From contig NZ_CAUPZS010000013.1 of the NCBI RefSeq assembly GCF_963515715.1, positions 4,560-68,559 of the forward strand: a stretch of 64,000 nt of DNA, written 5' to 3'. The notes below the pieces were generated by a model. That model was not told the DNA's origin, searched no databases, and saw only the letters and a program-made list of their open reading frames with translations. A program made the position numbers and the translations under genes. Shown piece after piece: positions 9,359 to 19,719 of the stretch. This DNA is from an uncultured Clostridium sp. (GTDB lineage: Bacteria; Bacillota; Clostridia; Clostridiales; Clostridiaceae). The stretch's first letter is position 1. Every line of letters starts with the position of its first letter.

Positions 9359-9445
9359 TTTAATCTACTTATTAATTAAACTAATAAAATACTTCATAAT
9401 TACATAACATAACTTTAGAATTTTTAATTTAAAGGAGTGTTATAT

Positions 9446-9676
9446 ATGAGTGCTAAATCCTATTCTTTTAAGGATGAAAATGGTAATTCAGTAAAGTATA
9501 ATGTAAAAGAATTTCTTTCAGTAGATAAAAAAGAATATGTGGTAATGTCTCCTGAAGATAATGCTGCTAATTTAGAAGTTTATAAATTTAGCATGCAAGA
9601 TGGAAATGAATGTTTAGAATTAGTAGAAAATGAGCAGGAATTATCTCAAGTAAAGTCTGCTTCAAAGCTTATATAA
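9446..9676 (+). CDS. DUF1292-like small acidic protein
   Basis: FKDENGNSVKY...KEYVVM...LELVENEQEL; AAGGAG RBS before ATG 9446. Confidence 0.6.
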   Translation: MSAKSYSFKDENGNSVKYNVKEFLSVDKKEYVVMSPEDNAANLEVYKFSMQDGNECLELVENEQELSQVKSASKLI

Positions 9677-9696
9677 GAAAAAATTCGAGAAAAACA

Positions 9697-9738
9697 AATG
9701 GAAGTGTATAAAGATGAATTTTGATACACTTCCATTTA
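9697..9738. terminator. Bidirectional intrinsic terminator
   Basis: AAATGGAAGTGTAT...ATACACTTCCATTT between convergent genes. Confidence 0.7.
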
Positions 9739-9746
9739 TTATTTTA

Positions 9747-11150
9747 TTATTTTTTCATTGCAGCACTTTCACCAGCTATTTTACCGAATACTGTTATATC
9801 CGCTAATGCATTTCCGCCTAGACGGTTGCTACCGTGGATACCACCTGTAACTTCACCAGCTGCATATAGTCCTGGTATTATATTACCTTTTGCATCTAAA
9901 ACCTGTGCACTTTCATTGATTTCAATTCCTCCCATTGTATGGTGAACTGTAGGTACACGTGCACCTGCATAGAATGGAGCGGTATCGATTTTATCAGCAA
10001 ATAGTGTTCTACCGAATTTATCTTTTCCACCTTTTTCTACTGCTTTATTAAATTCATCTACTGCTTTAACAAAGTTAGCAGGATCTACACCAATTTGCTT
10101 TGCTAAGTCTTCTAAAGTATCAGCTTTATAAGCTCTTCCTTTTTCAACAAGCTCATCTATAGATTCATTGAAATTATTCTTTGTATCTCCTGTTGGATAG
10201 GAGTGTTTATCAACAATTACCCACATATAGGCATCCTTTTGCTCCATTAATCCTTTAGTCATAACGTCTCTACGAGCACCTTCATGTTCATTAATATATT
10301 TAAGATATGTCTCTGAAAATCCTGTTCCTAAAGCCGTAGAAGGTTTATGAGCTCTTGGCCACATACCACCCAAAACTGTAAAAACCTTATCATCAAATTT
10401 CATTCCTAGCTTTTCAAGCCATTCAATAGAAGGATATGCATTTTCTACAAGAACTTTAATAAGTTCAGGTTTACCAAGCTTGTCTCCACCTTCAAATGTT
10501 TGCGTATAATGCTTATCAACGGAGTCTTCTATTCCCTGTACTTTCTGTCTTTTAGGGTCAACTGCATTATATGCACCACCAGATAGTATAGTATTTCCTC
10601 CAAGTCTTGACATCTTCTCTAATACGATGGCTTTCGCCCCATTTTGATGTGCAGATACGGCTGCTGCAAGACCTGCACCGCCCCCACCGATAACTACAAC
10701 ATCAGTAGCATATTCCTTAGTTTCACCTTTAGCTTTTGAATTTTCAGCCTTTTTAACATTAAGTGCATCGATGTCTCCATCTGCTGACTTAATGGCCTCT
10801 GTAACTGCTGCAAGTATTGCCTTGCTTGTAATTGTCGCACCTGATATGGCGTCAACTGCTAAAGTTTGTCCATCAACTATCGCTTTAGGAATTCTCTCAA
10901 TTGCAGGATCAGATATACCTGGACTCTCCTTATGTTCAAGAATCTTTATATCTTTAATTGAAGTATCATCAACAGTTACCTCAACTTTTATATCAGCATT
11001 GTGCCCAGCCTTAGAAGCTGTATAGGTACCTGCTTTAAATGATAATGCTTCTGTCCCTGTAGGTTTTGATTTACAACCAACTGTAGATATTGCTAATGTC
11101 AAACACATAAAAGTAGAAATCATTTTTTTAGTTAATGTTAATTTTTTCAC
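9747..11150 (-). CDS. Lipoprotein with FMN-binding domain plus flavocytochrome c/fumarate-urocanate reductase FAD domain; appears internally deleted
   Basis: Lipobox TVGC, DAISGATITS flavinylation motif, GGGGAG FAD motif, VHHTMGG, HGSNRLGGNAL; the central ATGGF/TGDG segment is absent. Confidence 0.8.
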   Translation of the reverse strand: MKKLTLTKKMISTFMCLTLAISTVGCKSKPTGTEALSFKAGTYTASKAGHNADIKVEVTVDDTSIKDIKILEHKESPGISDPAIERIPKAIVDGQTLAVDAISGATITSKAILAAVTEAIKSADGDIDALNVKKAENSKAKGETKEYATDVVVIGGGGAGLAAAVSAHQNGAKAIVLEKMSRLGGNTILSGGAYNAVDPKRQKVQGIEDSVDKHYTQTFEGGDKLGKPELIKVLVENAYPSIEWLEKLGMKFDDKVFTVLGGMWPRAHKPSTALGTGFSETYLKYINEHEGARRDVMTKGLMEQKDAYMWVIVDKHSYPTGDTKNNFNESIDELVEKGRAYKADTLEDLAKQIGVDPANFVKAVDEFNKAVEKGGKDKFGRTLFADKIDTAPFYAGARVPTVHHTMGGIEINESAQVLDAKGNIIPGLYAAGEVTGGIHGSNRLGGNALADITVFGKIAGESAAMKK

Positions 11151-11269
11151 TATTTTCTCCCCTTTGAAATTTCTATTTTTACTAACAATTACATGTCTTA
11201 CTATATATTATTCACATTTTACCCATTATATTTTTATATTTTTTACTTATTTGGCGCCATTAACAGCTA

Positions 11270-11323
11270 TGAATTAATTCACTGAACGAGTTCATTATAC
11301 TTTAATTGTTAATAGTCTGTCAA
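11270..11323 (-). promoter_or_regulatory. SigA promoter of the reductase gene with two tandem TGAA-N4-TTCA operator candidates
   Basis: TTGACA (11323-11318), 18 bp spacer, TATAAT (11299-11294); palindromes TGAATTAATTCA (11270-11281) and TGAACGAGTTCA (11283-11294) directly downstream of -10. Confidence 0.65.
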
Positions 11324-11448
11324 TACAATATTTTCTATTTTTGTAACACAGATTTTTTATTGGTAAATCCTATTATTTTATGTATTTTACTTAAAATAGA
11401 TTATTTGTTATACTTTATTATAAAATTAAGAAAAGTAGGAGATATTTC

Positions 11449-12039
11449 ATGAACAAAACTAAATTGACTAAAAGGCAAATTCAGGCGCAGAATACTCAAG
11501 ACAAAGTATATCGCACTGCTGTAGAATTAATAGAGAAAAAAGGTTTTGAAAATATTACTGTAGATGAAATATGCAAAACAGCTGGTGTATCAGTGGGATC
11601 TTTTTATAATTGTTTTAAATCAAAGAATGATATTCTTGATGAAGTATATAGAGTGGCAGACGATTACTTTTTAAATGTGGTGGCTAATGATTTGAAGGAA
11701 GGCAGTACTCATGATAGGATAGTTGCATTTTTCCGTTACTATGCAGATTATAATGTAAATAGAGGACTTGATTTTATAAAGCAGCTATATAACGTTCATA
11801 ATAGGTTATTTATAACTAAAGGAAGACACATGCAGACTGTATTACAAAGCATTATCGAAGATGGGCAAAAAATTGGGGAAATATCCACAGATATGACTTC
11901 TATAGAAATAGTAGATTACTTATTTATTGCTGTAAGAGGGGTAGTTTATGACTGGTGTCTACATAACGGTGAATATGATCTTGTTGAATTTGTTGATAAT
12001 TATGTAAGACGTTTAGTTAAGGTAGTAGATAATAGATAG
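11449..12039 (+). CDS. TetR/AcrR family transcriptional regulator
   Basis: N-terminal HTH GFENITVDEICKTAGVSVGSFYNCFKSK; divergent from the reductase. Confidence 0.9.
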   Translation: MNKTKLTKRQIQAQNTQDKVYRTAVELIEKKGFENITVDEICKTAGVSVGSFYNCFKSKNDILDEVYRVADDYFLNVVANDLKEGSTHDRIVAFFRYYADYNVNRGLDFIKQLYNVHNRLFITKGRHMQTVLQSIIEDGQKIGEISTDMTSIEIVDYLFIAVRGVVYDWCLHNGEYDLVEFVDNYVRRLVKVVDNR

Positions 12040-12169
12040 TAGATTATAGCTAATAATTAATCCTGCTTATAATGTTTTTAGGGGCTTAATGCCCCTCTTA
12101 AACCAATCAAAAATCATTTCTTTTAGCAATTCTAAAAAGAAATCATTGTTCCCGTCATCAATTTATAAC

Positions 12170-13216
12170 TTATCTCTCTAAATAACCTTTGAGTTCAGAC
12201 TCCATTAAAAACAAAAATTCTTTATTTAATTGGTACTTAGATTCCACGGTTTTTACAAGTCGTACTGATCTTAACATGCTGAGATGGTGATGAACGGTAG
12301 ACTTTGCGAGGCTTAATTTTTCTGTTAGTTCCTGAAGTGTTCTGTCTTCTTCATAAAGAAGTTTTATTATTCTAAGCCTCATTTCATCTCCCAAAGCCTT
12401 ATATCCTTGGATTAAATTAAAATCTGGAGCATAAGTATCCTTACCACTCTCTATACTTTCATCACTTACAGGATAATAAAATATTTTTGTATCCTTATTA
12501 TCCGCTTCAACAGTCCATGGTCTGTAAACATATTGAGGTATTAGCAAAACATTTGTTATTGTTGGCTCCGGTAAATATTCTCTTCCACCTGTAGCCCATT
12601 CAACAAATTTTTCAGAACTTAAGTTTTCCTTCATTAAGTTTTTACTTTGAAAATCTCTCTTAAGTATTGATAAAATATATTTTTCATCTGGTTTAATTAC
12701 AATTTCATACCATGCCTTCATTAAAGTTTCAAGATGATTTTTAAGGGTATCAATAGGTACATTGCATATAAATTCTATATAACTCGGAAAAAATTTATTG
12801 TTTGAACAACTTTTAATTAATTCTTCCATAGCTTCTTTATTTCCAAGAGAAGCATTTTTTCTATTGTCTTCATTTTTAGGACCTAGGAATGGAAGTGAAT
12901 ACAATCTTAAATCCCCCTCTTCTAAATTTCTTATATATTTTAAAAAGCTATTTAAATCTGTAAAATCCTCTAGGTAGAGCAGTTGAAGCAATGTCTTCCA
13001 TGTATTGTGCTTTTTACTATACATTAATTCTTTTTCTGCTTCAGTAGGCAATTTTTCTATTGTATCTCTCCAGTACTCACCTGATTTTTCTAGGGTGTGA
13101 TGCAGCTCATCGTAAGTGGATGCTGCTATGCCCAATGCACATTCCCATAAAAGGGAGTATTTCATATGAACTTCATAAGTTGTTTTTGTACTTGAACTAA
13201 GATTAAGGAGCTTCAT
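12170..13216 (-). CDS. ArsR-family regulator with C-terminal winged HTH (probable start 13216)
   Basis: KALGDEMRLRIIKLL...LAKSTVHHHLSMLR at the C-terminus; SLLWECALGIAA N-terminal motif. Confidence 0.8.
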   Translation of the reverse strand: MKLLNLSSSTKTTYEVHMKYSLLWECALGIAASTYDELHHTLEKSGEYWRDTIEKLPTEAEKELMYSKKHNTWKTLLQLLYLEDFTDLNSFLKYIRNLEEGDLRLYSLPFLGPKNEDNRKNASLGNKEAMEELIKSCSNNKFFPSYIEFICNVPIDTLKNHLETLMKAWYEIVIKPDEKYILSILKRDFQSKNLMKENLSSEKFVEWATGGREYLPEPTITNVLLIPQYVYRPWTVEADNKDTKIFYYPVSDESIESGKDTYAPDFNLIQGYKALGDEMRLRIIKLLYEEDRTLQELTEKLSLAKSTVHHHLSMLRSVRLVKTVESKYQLNKEFLFLMESELKGYLER

Positions 13217-13497
13217 AAAATCCATCCTTTCAAAAATTATAATAATATGGGTAATTTTCACCTCAAATTTATTCTACCATATTCGAATTTAATATTCAAT
13301 ATATATCGAACGAAATTATTTTCTTATATATTTTGAAAGGTTCTTAAAATATATTCCTATGTCATTAAAGTAAATAAAAAACTTCTAGCATATTCACTTT
13401 CCTTTAGAAAGAATGCTGGAAGTTTTTTAATTCATTCTATTAAATATATAGCTTTTCTATCAATCTGTTTAACGTTAAAAGCTTTTGCTCCATAACT

Positions 13498-14793
13498 CTA
13501 CCATATAGCATATTTTTCTGCTTGCCTTTTTAAATCCTCTCTAAAATTAGGATGAGCTATAGCTATAAGTCCTTTAACTCTATCCCTTATACTTCTTCCC
13601 TTTAGTCTAGCTACCCCATATTCAGTAACTACATAATCCACATCATTTCTTGAGAAGGATACTGGTGATCCTGGATTTAAGAAATGAACTATAGTTGAAA
13701 TAGTATCCTTTTTAGCTGTGGAATATAAAGCTATTATGGATTTTCCTCCTTCAGAATTTTGGGCCCCAATACCAGTGTCACTTTGTCCACCAGTTCCGCT
13801 ATATTGTCTATTACCTAGTGCTTCTGAACAACATTGACCTGTTAAGTCCACTTGAAGGGCAGTGTTTATTGATACCATTTTATAGTTTTGCCCTATTACA
13901 TATGGATCATTTACATACCTACCTCTTCTCAACTCCACCCCCACATTTTCATCTATAAAATCATAAAGTTTTCTACTTCCTAAAGCAAAAATTCCTACCA
14001 TTTTATTTTTATTAATAGTTTTTCTTCTGTTTGTAATTACTCCTTTTTTATAAAGATCATACATCCCTTCTGTTATCATCTCTGTATGAACTCCTAAGTC
14101 CTTTTTATCCTCAAGTGCTTTAGCAACTGCGTTTGGAATACCACCTATGCCAAGTTGTATTGTTGAACCATCTTCTACAAGTTCCCCAATAAGATTACCG
14201 ATAATAATATCTTTATGGGTAGGCGGAATAAATGGAAGTTCTGGTACTTTTCCATTATACTCATATAAAAAATCTACTTCGCTTATATGAACAAGCGTAT
14301 CTCCATAAACCTTTGGAAGATTTTCATTGATTTCTAATATTACTAAATCCGCCCTCTCTACATAATCCCTTTCATAGGTAACGGACAAGGATAAAGAGAA
14401 ATATCCATGTTTGTCTATTGGTGTTGCACTACCTACAAAAATATTTGCTTTTTTATAGCATAACCTATCTTTAGCAGCTGCATGAAGGTGATTTGGGATG
14501 AAGCTAGTCGTACCATTATTATGAGCCATTCTTGTTAATGGACTATAAAACCAGGTCTCATTTATAAAATGTCCTTTCATGGATGGGTCTGAAGTAAATT
14601 CATAGTTATTCATATTAAGACAAGTTACCACTGAAACCTCTTCTACCCTATCCTTGATTTTATGAAGATTAGATAAAAATCCTACTGGTTCCGCTCCTGC
14701 TAAGGATACCACAACCTCATCTCTTGAATTTACCTTGCTTAAAGCTTCTTCCATAGTAATATGTTTTTTTGAATATTCCTCTTTATAATTCAT
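13498..14793 (-). CDS. Acetyl-CoA hydrolase / 4-hydroxybutyrate CoA-transferase family protein
   Basis: TIQLGIGGIPNAV, LGVHTEM, SGTGGQ, VVTEYGVA. Confidence 0.88.
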   Translation of the reverse strand: MNYKEEYSKKHITMEEALSKVNSRDEVVVSLAGAEPVGFLSNLHKIKDRVEEVSVVTCLNMNNYEFTSDPSMKGHFINETWFYSPLTRMAHNNGTTSFIPNHLHAAAKDRLCYKKANIFVGSATPIDKHGYFSLSLSVTYERDYVERADLVILEINENLPKVYGDTLVHISEVDFLYEYNGKVPELPFIPPTHKDIIIGNLIGELVEDGSTIQLGIGGIPNAVAKALEDKKDLGVHTEMITEGMYDLYKKGVITNRRKTINKNKMVGIFALGSRKLYDFIDENVGVELRRGRYVNDPYVIGQNYKMVSINTALQVDLTGQCCSEALGNRQYSGTGGQSDTGIGAQNSEGGKSIIALYSTAKKDTISTIVHFLNPGSPVSFSRNDVDYVVTEYGVARLKGRSIRDRVKGLIAIAHPNFREDLKRQAEKYAIW

Positions 14794-14820
14794 AATGCAC
14801 TCACCCTATTTAACCTTTCT

Positions 14821-15846
14821 CTATTTAACCTTTCCCCATTTAATCACATTAGCTGCCCAAGCATATCCAATACCTGCACCTACTGTTACCACCACATCCC
14901 CATCCTTAATTTTTCCTTCCTCTAAGGCTAATTTCATAGATAAAATTTGATCTATTTGCCCTATATGTCCATAATCCTTTAAGTAAATGGATCGATTTTC
15001 ACTTAGTCCAAGTTCTGATAAGATGTACTTATGAGCAGAGTATTTAAAGTGAATCATGGCTATATAATCAATATCTTCCTGTTGATATCCACTATTTTTT
15101 AATGCTTCCCTTATAACCTTTAAGAAGTTTGGAGTAGATTTTTCATTTAGTCTACTTTTCATTCCCACCACATCCATAACATCTAAAGATTTATATGCAA
15201 CTTCTAAATTCTCATGGGTTATTGGATGTTCTATACCTCCATAAATCACTACTACATCCCTTGCAAAGGAACCATCGGTTATAATTGAAGTCTCCAAAAG
15301 AGCATTTTCCCCATAATTTTTCTTTAATACAACCGCTCCCCCTCCTGCTGCTAAGTTATACATAAAGCTAACTCTATTGTTTTTATAGTCTATAAAGTCG
15401 CCATTTCTATATCCTCCACAAATCAACGCTGTATTTATTTTGCTATCTGCCATCATCATATCTTTTGCCACTTTCATAGCAGTTATAGCAGTACAGCACC
15501 TTTGTGAAATATCAAAACCAATAGCATTATAAGCGCCAATTTTTTCTTGAATATATATAGCAGAGGTAGTTAAACGATACTCTTTCCACTCCTCTCCAAT
15601 GCAAATAATTAAATCTATGTCTAAAGGATCCACTCCATTATTTTTTAAACAATCCATTGCAGCATAATATCCCATTTCTTCTGTGCCATCCTTTTTTCCG
15701 GGAATAGTTTTCTGTTCAAAACCTAGCTTGCAAATAATAGACTCCTCACTCCACATTCCGCCAGTTAGCTCACTAACCTCTGCTGCTGTCAACTTATTTT
15801 CTGGTAAATATAATCCAAAGCCAACTACTCCTATATGGTCTTTCAT
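14821..15846 (-). CDS. FabH-like 3-oxoacyl-ACP synthase III family protein (probable start 15846)
   Basis: GIVGFGLYLPE-type start, DISQRCC catalytic Cys, IHFK, YGHIGQID, GAGIGYAWAA. Confidence 0.8.
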   Translation of the reverse strand: MKDHIGVVGFGLYLPENKLTAAEVSELTGGMWSEESIICKLGFEQKTIPGKKDGTEEMGYYAAMDCLKNNGVDPLDIDLIICIGEEWKEYRLTTSAIYIQEKIGAYNAIGFDISQRCCTAITAMKVAKDMMMADSKINTALICGGYRNGDFIDYKNNRVSFMYNLAAGGGAVVLKKNYGENALLETSIITDGSFARDVVVIYGGIEHPITHENLEVAYKSLDVMDVVGMKSRLNEKSTPNFLKVIREALKNSGYQQEDIDYIAMIHFKYSAHKYILSELGLSENRSIYLKDYGHIGQIDQILSMKLALEEGKIKDGDVVVTVGAGIGYAWAANVIKWGKVK

Positions 15847-15888
15847 TAAAGTTCCCTCCCCATTTATTTCCTTATTACTATTAAAATA

Positions 15889-15904
15889 AGCAAAAGTCAT
15901 GCCA
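15889..15904 (-). promoter_or_regulatory. Sigma54 (-24/-12) promoter for the fabH-like/CoA transferase unit
   Basis: Minus strand TGGCATGACTTTTGCT. Confidence 0.8.
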
Positions 15905-16069
15905 TTTACTTTTTTAAAATGTGAGATTCCTTTTTTAGAAAAACCCATATCAAATCTCTAAAAATTCAATAAAAAATGCTAATGACTTTCTCTTTTTTTC
16001 GAGAAAATCATTAGCATAAATATTCACCTTAAAAACTCTCGTCATAATTTATAACAATGTCTTGTTTTG

Positions 16070-17461
16070 TTACACCTTTAGTTCCAAACCATATTCATCA
16101 ATTTTTCTATAGAGGGATTGTCTTGGTATTTGAAGTTTTTTAGAAGCTTCCGTTTTATTATAATTGCACTCTTTAAGAACATTAATGATAATTTCTTTTT
16201 CAATGGCAGAAAGCATTTGACTTAATCCCCCACTCTTAGAAACATTTCTTTCCTTTAAACTATCTTTTACTATATAAGCTGGTAAATCACCTATTCCTAT
16301 ATTCACATCATCTGCATTTACAGACATTTTTTCCACCACGTTTCTAATCTCACGGACATTGCCTTTCCAACTGTGATTAACAAGTATCTCCATTACATTA
16401 GGAGATATATGCCTAAACATACCTGTTTCCTTATAAAAATTATTTAAAAATTGTCTTATTAGTATTGGTATATCTGCTTTTCTCAATCTTATTGGAGGTA
16501 TCTCTAATGTTAATACATTTAGTCTATAGTATAAGTCTTCTCTAAATTTCCCCTCCATTAACATCTTCTCTAAATTTCTACAAGTGGCGCTAATAACTCT
16601 TACATCGATAGCTTGGGGTGATCTAGCTCCAATTGCCATAACCTCTTTTTCTTGCAATACTCTAAGAAGTTTTGCCTGCATATGTAAGGGCATTTCTGCA
16701 ATTTCATCTAAGAATATAGTCCCCCCATTAGCTAATTGAAATTTACCAATGTTTCCCCCTTTTTTAGCTCCAGTAAAAGCCCCATCTTCATATCCAAAAA
16801 GCTCTGCTTCTATCAAATTTTCTGGAATAGCAGAGCAATTTATTGATACAAAAGGCATATTGGCTCTTTTGCTTTCATTGTGTATGGAATGAGCAAACAG
16901 CTCCTTACCAACTCCACTTTCTCCTAAAATCAAAACACTAGAATTTACTGCAGCAAATTTTCTAACTTTATTTTTTATATCTTCAATTTCTTCCGATACT
17001 CCTATTATGTCATTTAAGGTATATTTCGCTGAATTTAATCTTGCCATTTCATTTTTATATAATTTTAATTCTTTATCTACCACTTTAAACTTATTTAAAA
17101 CTTCTTGCATCTTGTCCACATTATCAAAAACTAGCATACCTATTCCACCTATGACTTCTCCCTTATCATCATAGATAGGCATTCTATGGACAATAGCTTC
17201 CTTTCCGTTATCAAACTTATGCTTAATATTTATCTCTGCTTGTTTTCTTTTTAATGTATCTAAAAAACCTGACTTAGGGTTAACATCAGTAACTAATTTT
17301 CCTATCATCTCTTCCATAGGAGGTCCTAAAAATGAACTAAAGGCATTATTTATGTAAATAATTTTCCCATGTTTGTCCAAAATATCCACAGCAATAGGAA
17401 GGTTATCAAAAACATTTTGACAAAACCTCATAAAATCTTTATCTTCTCCTATACATTTCAA
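16070..17461 (-). CDS. PAS-domain sigma54-dependent transcriptional activator
   Basis: N-terminal PAS, GESGVGKE, GAFTGA, FLDEI, FREDLYYRL, C-terminal HTH. Confidence 0.92.
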   Translation of the reverse strand: MKCIGEDKDFMRFCQNVFDNLPIAVDILDKHGKIIYINNAFSSFLGPPMEEMIGKLVTDVNPKSGFLDTLKRKQAEINIKHKFDNGKEAIVHRMPIYDDKGEVIGGIGMLVFDNVDKMQEVLNKFKVVDKELKLYKNEMARLNSAKYTLNDIIGVSEEIEDIKNKVRKFAAVNSSVLILGESGVGKELFAHSIHNESKRANMPFVSINCSAIPENLIEAELFGYEDGAFTGAKKGGNIGKFQLANGGTIFLDEIAEMPLHMQAKLLRVLQEKEVMAIGARSPQAIDVRVISATCRNLEKMLMEGKFREDLYYRLNVLTLEIPPIRLRKADIPILIRQFLNNFYKETGMFRHISPNVMEILVNHSWKGNVREIRNVVEKMSVNADDVNIGIGDLPAYIVKDSLKERNVSKSGGLSQMLSAIEKEIIINVLKECNYNKTEASKKLQIPRQSLYRKIDEYGLELKV

Positions 17462-17531
17462 AAAATCACCCCATCATAACATAATGGAAATATTAATATT
17501 ATTATACACTATAATGGTTTTAATGTAAATA

Positions 17532-17563
17532 TTACCCAAGGGATAAGCATTCCCTTGGGTAAT
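17532..17563. terminator. Intrinsic terminator hairpin
   Basis: TTACCCAAGGGA...TCCCTTGGGTAA. Confidence 0.65.
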
Positions 17564-17567
17564 CAAT

Positions 17568-18383
17568 TTAAACTATATTTATTTTATTATGATAATTTTG
17601 GAGGAAACCTAGTAAAGTATTTGAAAATTCTGAAGGTTTTTCATACATAGCTCCGTGTCCTGCATCTTTTATAACTACCATATTGGAGTTTTCTATTCTT
17701 TTATAAATTTCCTCTTGATAGGACAGTGGAGTTATAATATCTAAGTCTCCCCCTATTATAAGGGTGGGTATATCTATTTTTTCAATTTCCTTTCTTAAGT
17801 CTAAATCAGAAGCGCTTTTGATAGCCCTTCTAAAGCCATCGTACCATTCTTTGCTAAAGACTGTTTGAAATAATTCTTCCCTTTCCTTTAGCCATTTACT
17901 ATTTTCTTCATAAAACTTATGAGAATATATAAAAGGCATTGTAGCTGAGAAAAACACCTTGCCATCATAGGTTGATGCAGCATAATCCCAAAGCCTTTCT
18001 ATATCTTTCATTAAATAATTAGTATAACAGGTGGTATTTGATAACATTAAACTCTTCAGCTTTTCTTTATATTTTAGAGCAAATTTCATTGCCACCTCTC
18101 CACCATAGGATATTCCAAACAAATTAACCTTTCCTAAGTTAAGCTCTTCAATAAATTTATTTAAAATTTCTACATGAAGATTTTGAGTGTATTCCTCTCT
18201 CCCCTTGGAGGATTTTCCTTGATCTACAAAATCTATAAGAATAAGTCTGTAATCTTTAAAGCTATCTAAAAAAGGATTCCAGCTAAGTGTACTCATCATA
18301 ATTCCATTTAAGAAAATTACCGTTTCTCCTTCTTCATAGCTTTCATAATAAATATCATAATCGTCTATATTCACATAACCCAT
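17568..18383 (-). CDS. Alpha/beta hydrolase
   Basis: FLNGIMMS, nucleophile elbow GISYGG, DAGH. Confidence 0.85.
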   Translation of the reverse strand: MGYVNIDDYDIYYESYEEGETVIFLNGIMMSTLSWNPFLDSFKDYRLILIDFVDQGKSSKGREEYTQNLHVEILNKFIEELNLGKVNLFGISYGGEVAMKFALKYKEKLKSLMLSNTTCYTNYLMKDIERLWDYAASTYDGKVFFSATMPFIYSHKFYEENSKWLKEREELFQTVFSKEWYDGFRRAIKSASDLDLRKEIEKIDIPTLIIGGDLDIITPLSYQEEIYKRIENSNMVVIKDAGHGAMYEKPSEFSNTLLGFLQNYHNKINIV

Positions 18384-18409
18384 AGTTTTATCATCCTCTT
18401 TATATTTAA

Positions 18410-19627
18410 CTATTTTCCTAATATCTGTTTCATGCTTCTAAATCCGATGTATGACTCCCATCCTATTGGATTCTTTTCATTCATTTTTACTAAAGCCATT
18501 TCTTGTGTTCCAAGTCTCTTTCCATTTGAGAAGTCGATGGATCCACCAAATGGATTTTCAATTGGTGCAGATTCAAGAGCATTCATATAAGATTCCCAAG
18601 TTAGTTCCTTATCACCAACACGTTTTAATCCTTCTGTAAAGAAATGTGCTGCTATCCATCCTGTCATCGCATAAGCATTGTTGCTAAAGTCTTCACTTGA
18701 AATTTCTTTTATCCATTTTTTATATTCATTCATAGCAGGTTTTGTTGCATCTACCCAAGCATGAGCATAAACATCAAATTTGTTATTAACTGTTGAAGCC
18801 ACAGCCGCTGTCATAGTTTTATCTGCATTTACATATGTTGTTAACACCGGTTTAGTGTTGCCTTGCTTTGCAAGTTCTTTAGTTATTTGTGGGAATGTAC
18901 CTTGTATTCCAGCTATAATTACCATATCTACATTTTCATTTTTAATTTTTGACACCGCTGCTGATACGTCTTCTGAACCTGGAGCTACTTGCTCATCAAC
19001 TACAGTTAAGCCGCCAAGAGTACTAGCTTCTTGTTGAATACCCTTTAATAGATCTTTACCAGCATCATCATTTGTATAAATAACCCCTATTTTGCTTGCT
19101 TTAAATTCTCCCTTTGCCCAAGTTGCCATTATACGTCCTTCCATTGGATAAACTGGTTGTACTGGATATATGCATCTATCATTTCCTTCAGCCTTTTCGT
19201 TGTAAAGAATACCTGTCCCTGTAGCAAAGTAAACTGCTGGAATCCCTTTTTCTTTTATATCATTTATGGTGGCCCCAACAATTGGAGTTCCAAAATGACC
19301 AACCAAAGCAAATACCTTTTCGTCATTTACCAATCTCTCAAGAGCAGCTTTACCCTTTTCAGGATTAAATTCATCATCTTGATGCACATATTCAATTTTT
19401 CTTCCATTTATCCCTCCACCCTCATTTACCATTTTAAAATAAGCTTCAATACCCGCTTTAAATGGTACTCCTACTGGAGCAAGAGCCCCTGAAGTGGATG
19501 CGCTATTACCTACTTTTATTGATTTTTCTGTTACACCTTGTGCTGTTTCAGCCTTTTTCCCGCAACCTGTTAAAGCTATTGTAGCAATCATCAATGTCGA
19601 TAATAATAATGAAATTCTTTTTCTCAT
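18410..19627 (-). CDS. Liv/HAAT-type ABC transporter substrate-binding lipoprotein
   Basis: Lipobox LTGC, GGINGRKIEY..DDEFNP, periplasmic binding protein type I. Confidence 0.85.
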   Translation of the reverse strand: MRKRISLLLSTLMIATIALTGCGKKAETAQGVTEKSIKVGNSASTSGALAPVGVPFKAGIEAYFKMVNEGGGINGRKIEYVHQDDEFNPEKGKAALERLVNDEKVFALVGHFGTPIVGATINDIKEKGIPAVYFATGTGILYNEKAEGNDRCIYPVQPVYPMEGRIMATWAKGEFKASKIGVIYTNDDAGKDLLKGIQQEASTLGGLTVVDEQVAPGSEDVSAAVSKIKNENVDMVIIAGIQGTFPQITKELAKQGNTKPVLTTYVNADKTMTAAVASTVNNKFDVYAHAWVDATKPAMNEYKKWIKEISSEDFSNNAYAMTGWIAAHFFTEGLKRVGDKELTWESYMNALESAPIENPFGGSIDFSNGKRLGTQEMALVKMNEKNPIGWESYIGFRSMKQILGK

Positions 19628-19719
19628 TTTAATCCCCCTAACTAATAATTAAAATTTGATAATGAATATATTAAGGAATTTCTTCCTTTGGGTTCTTTAG
19701 TTTCTTCTTTAACCAAACT

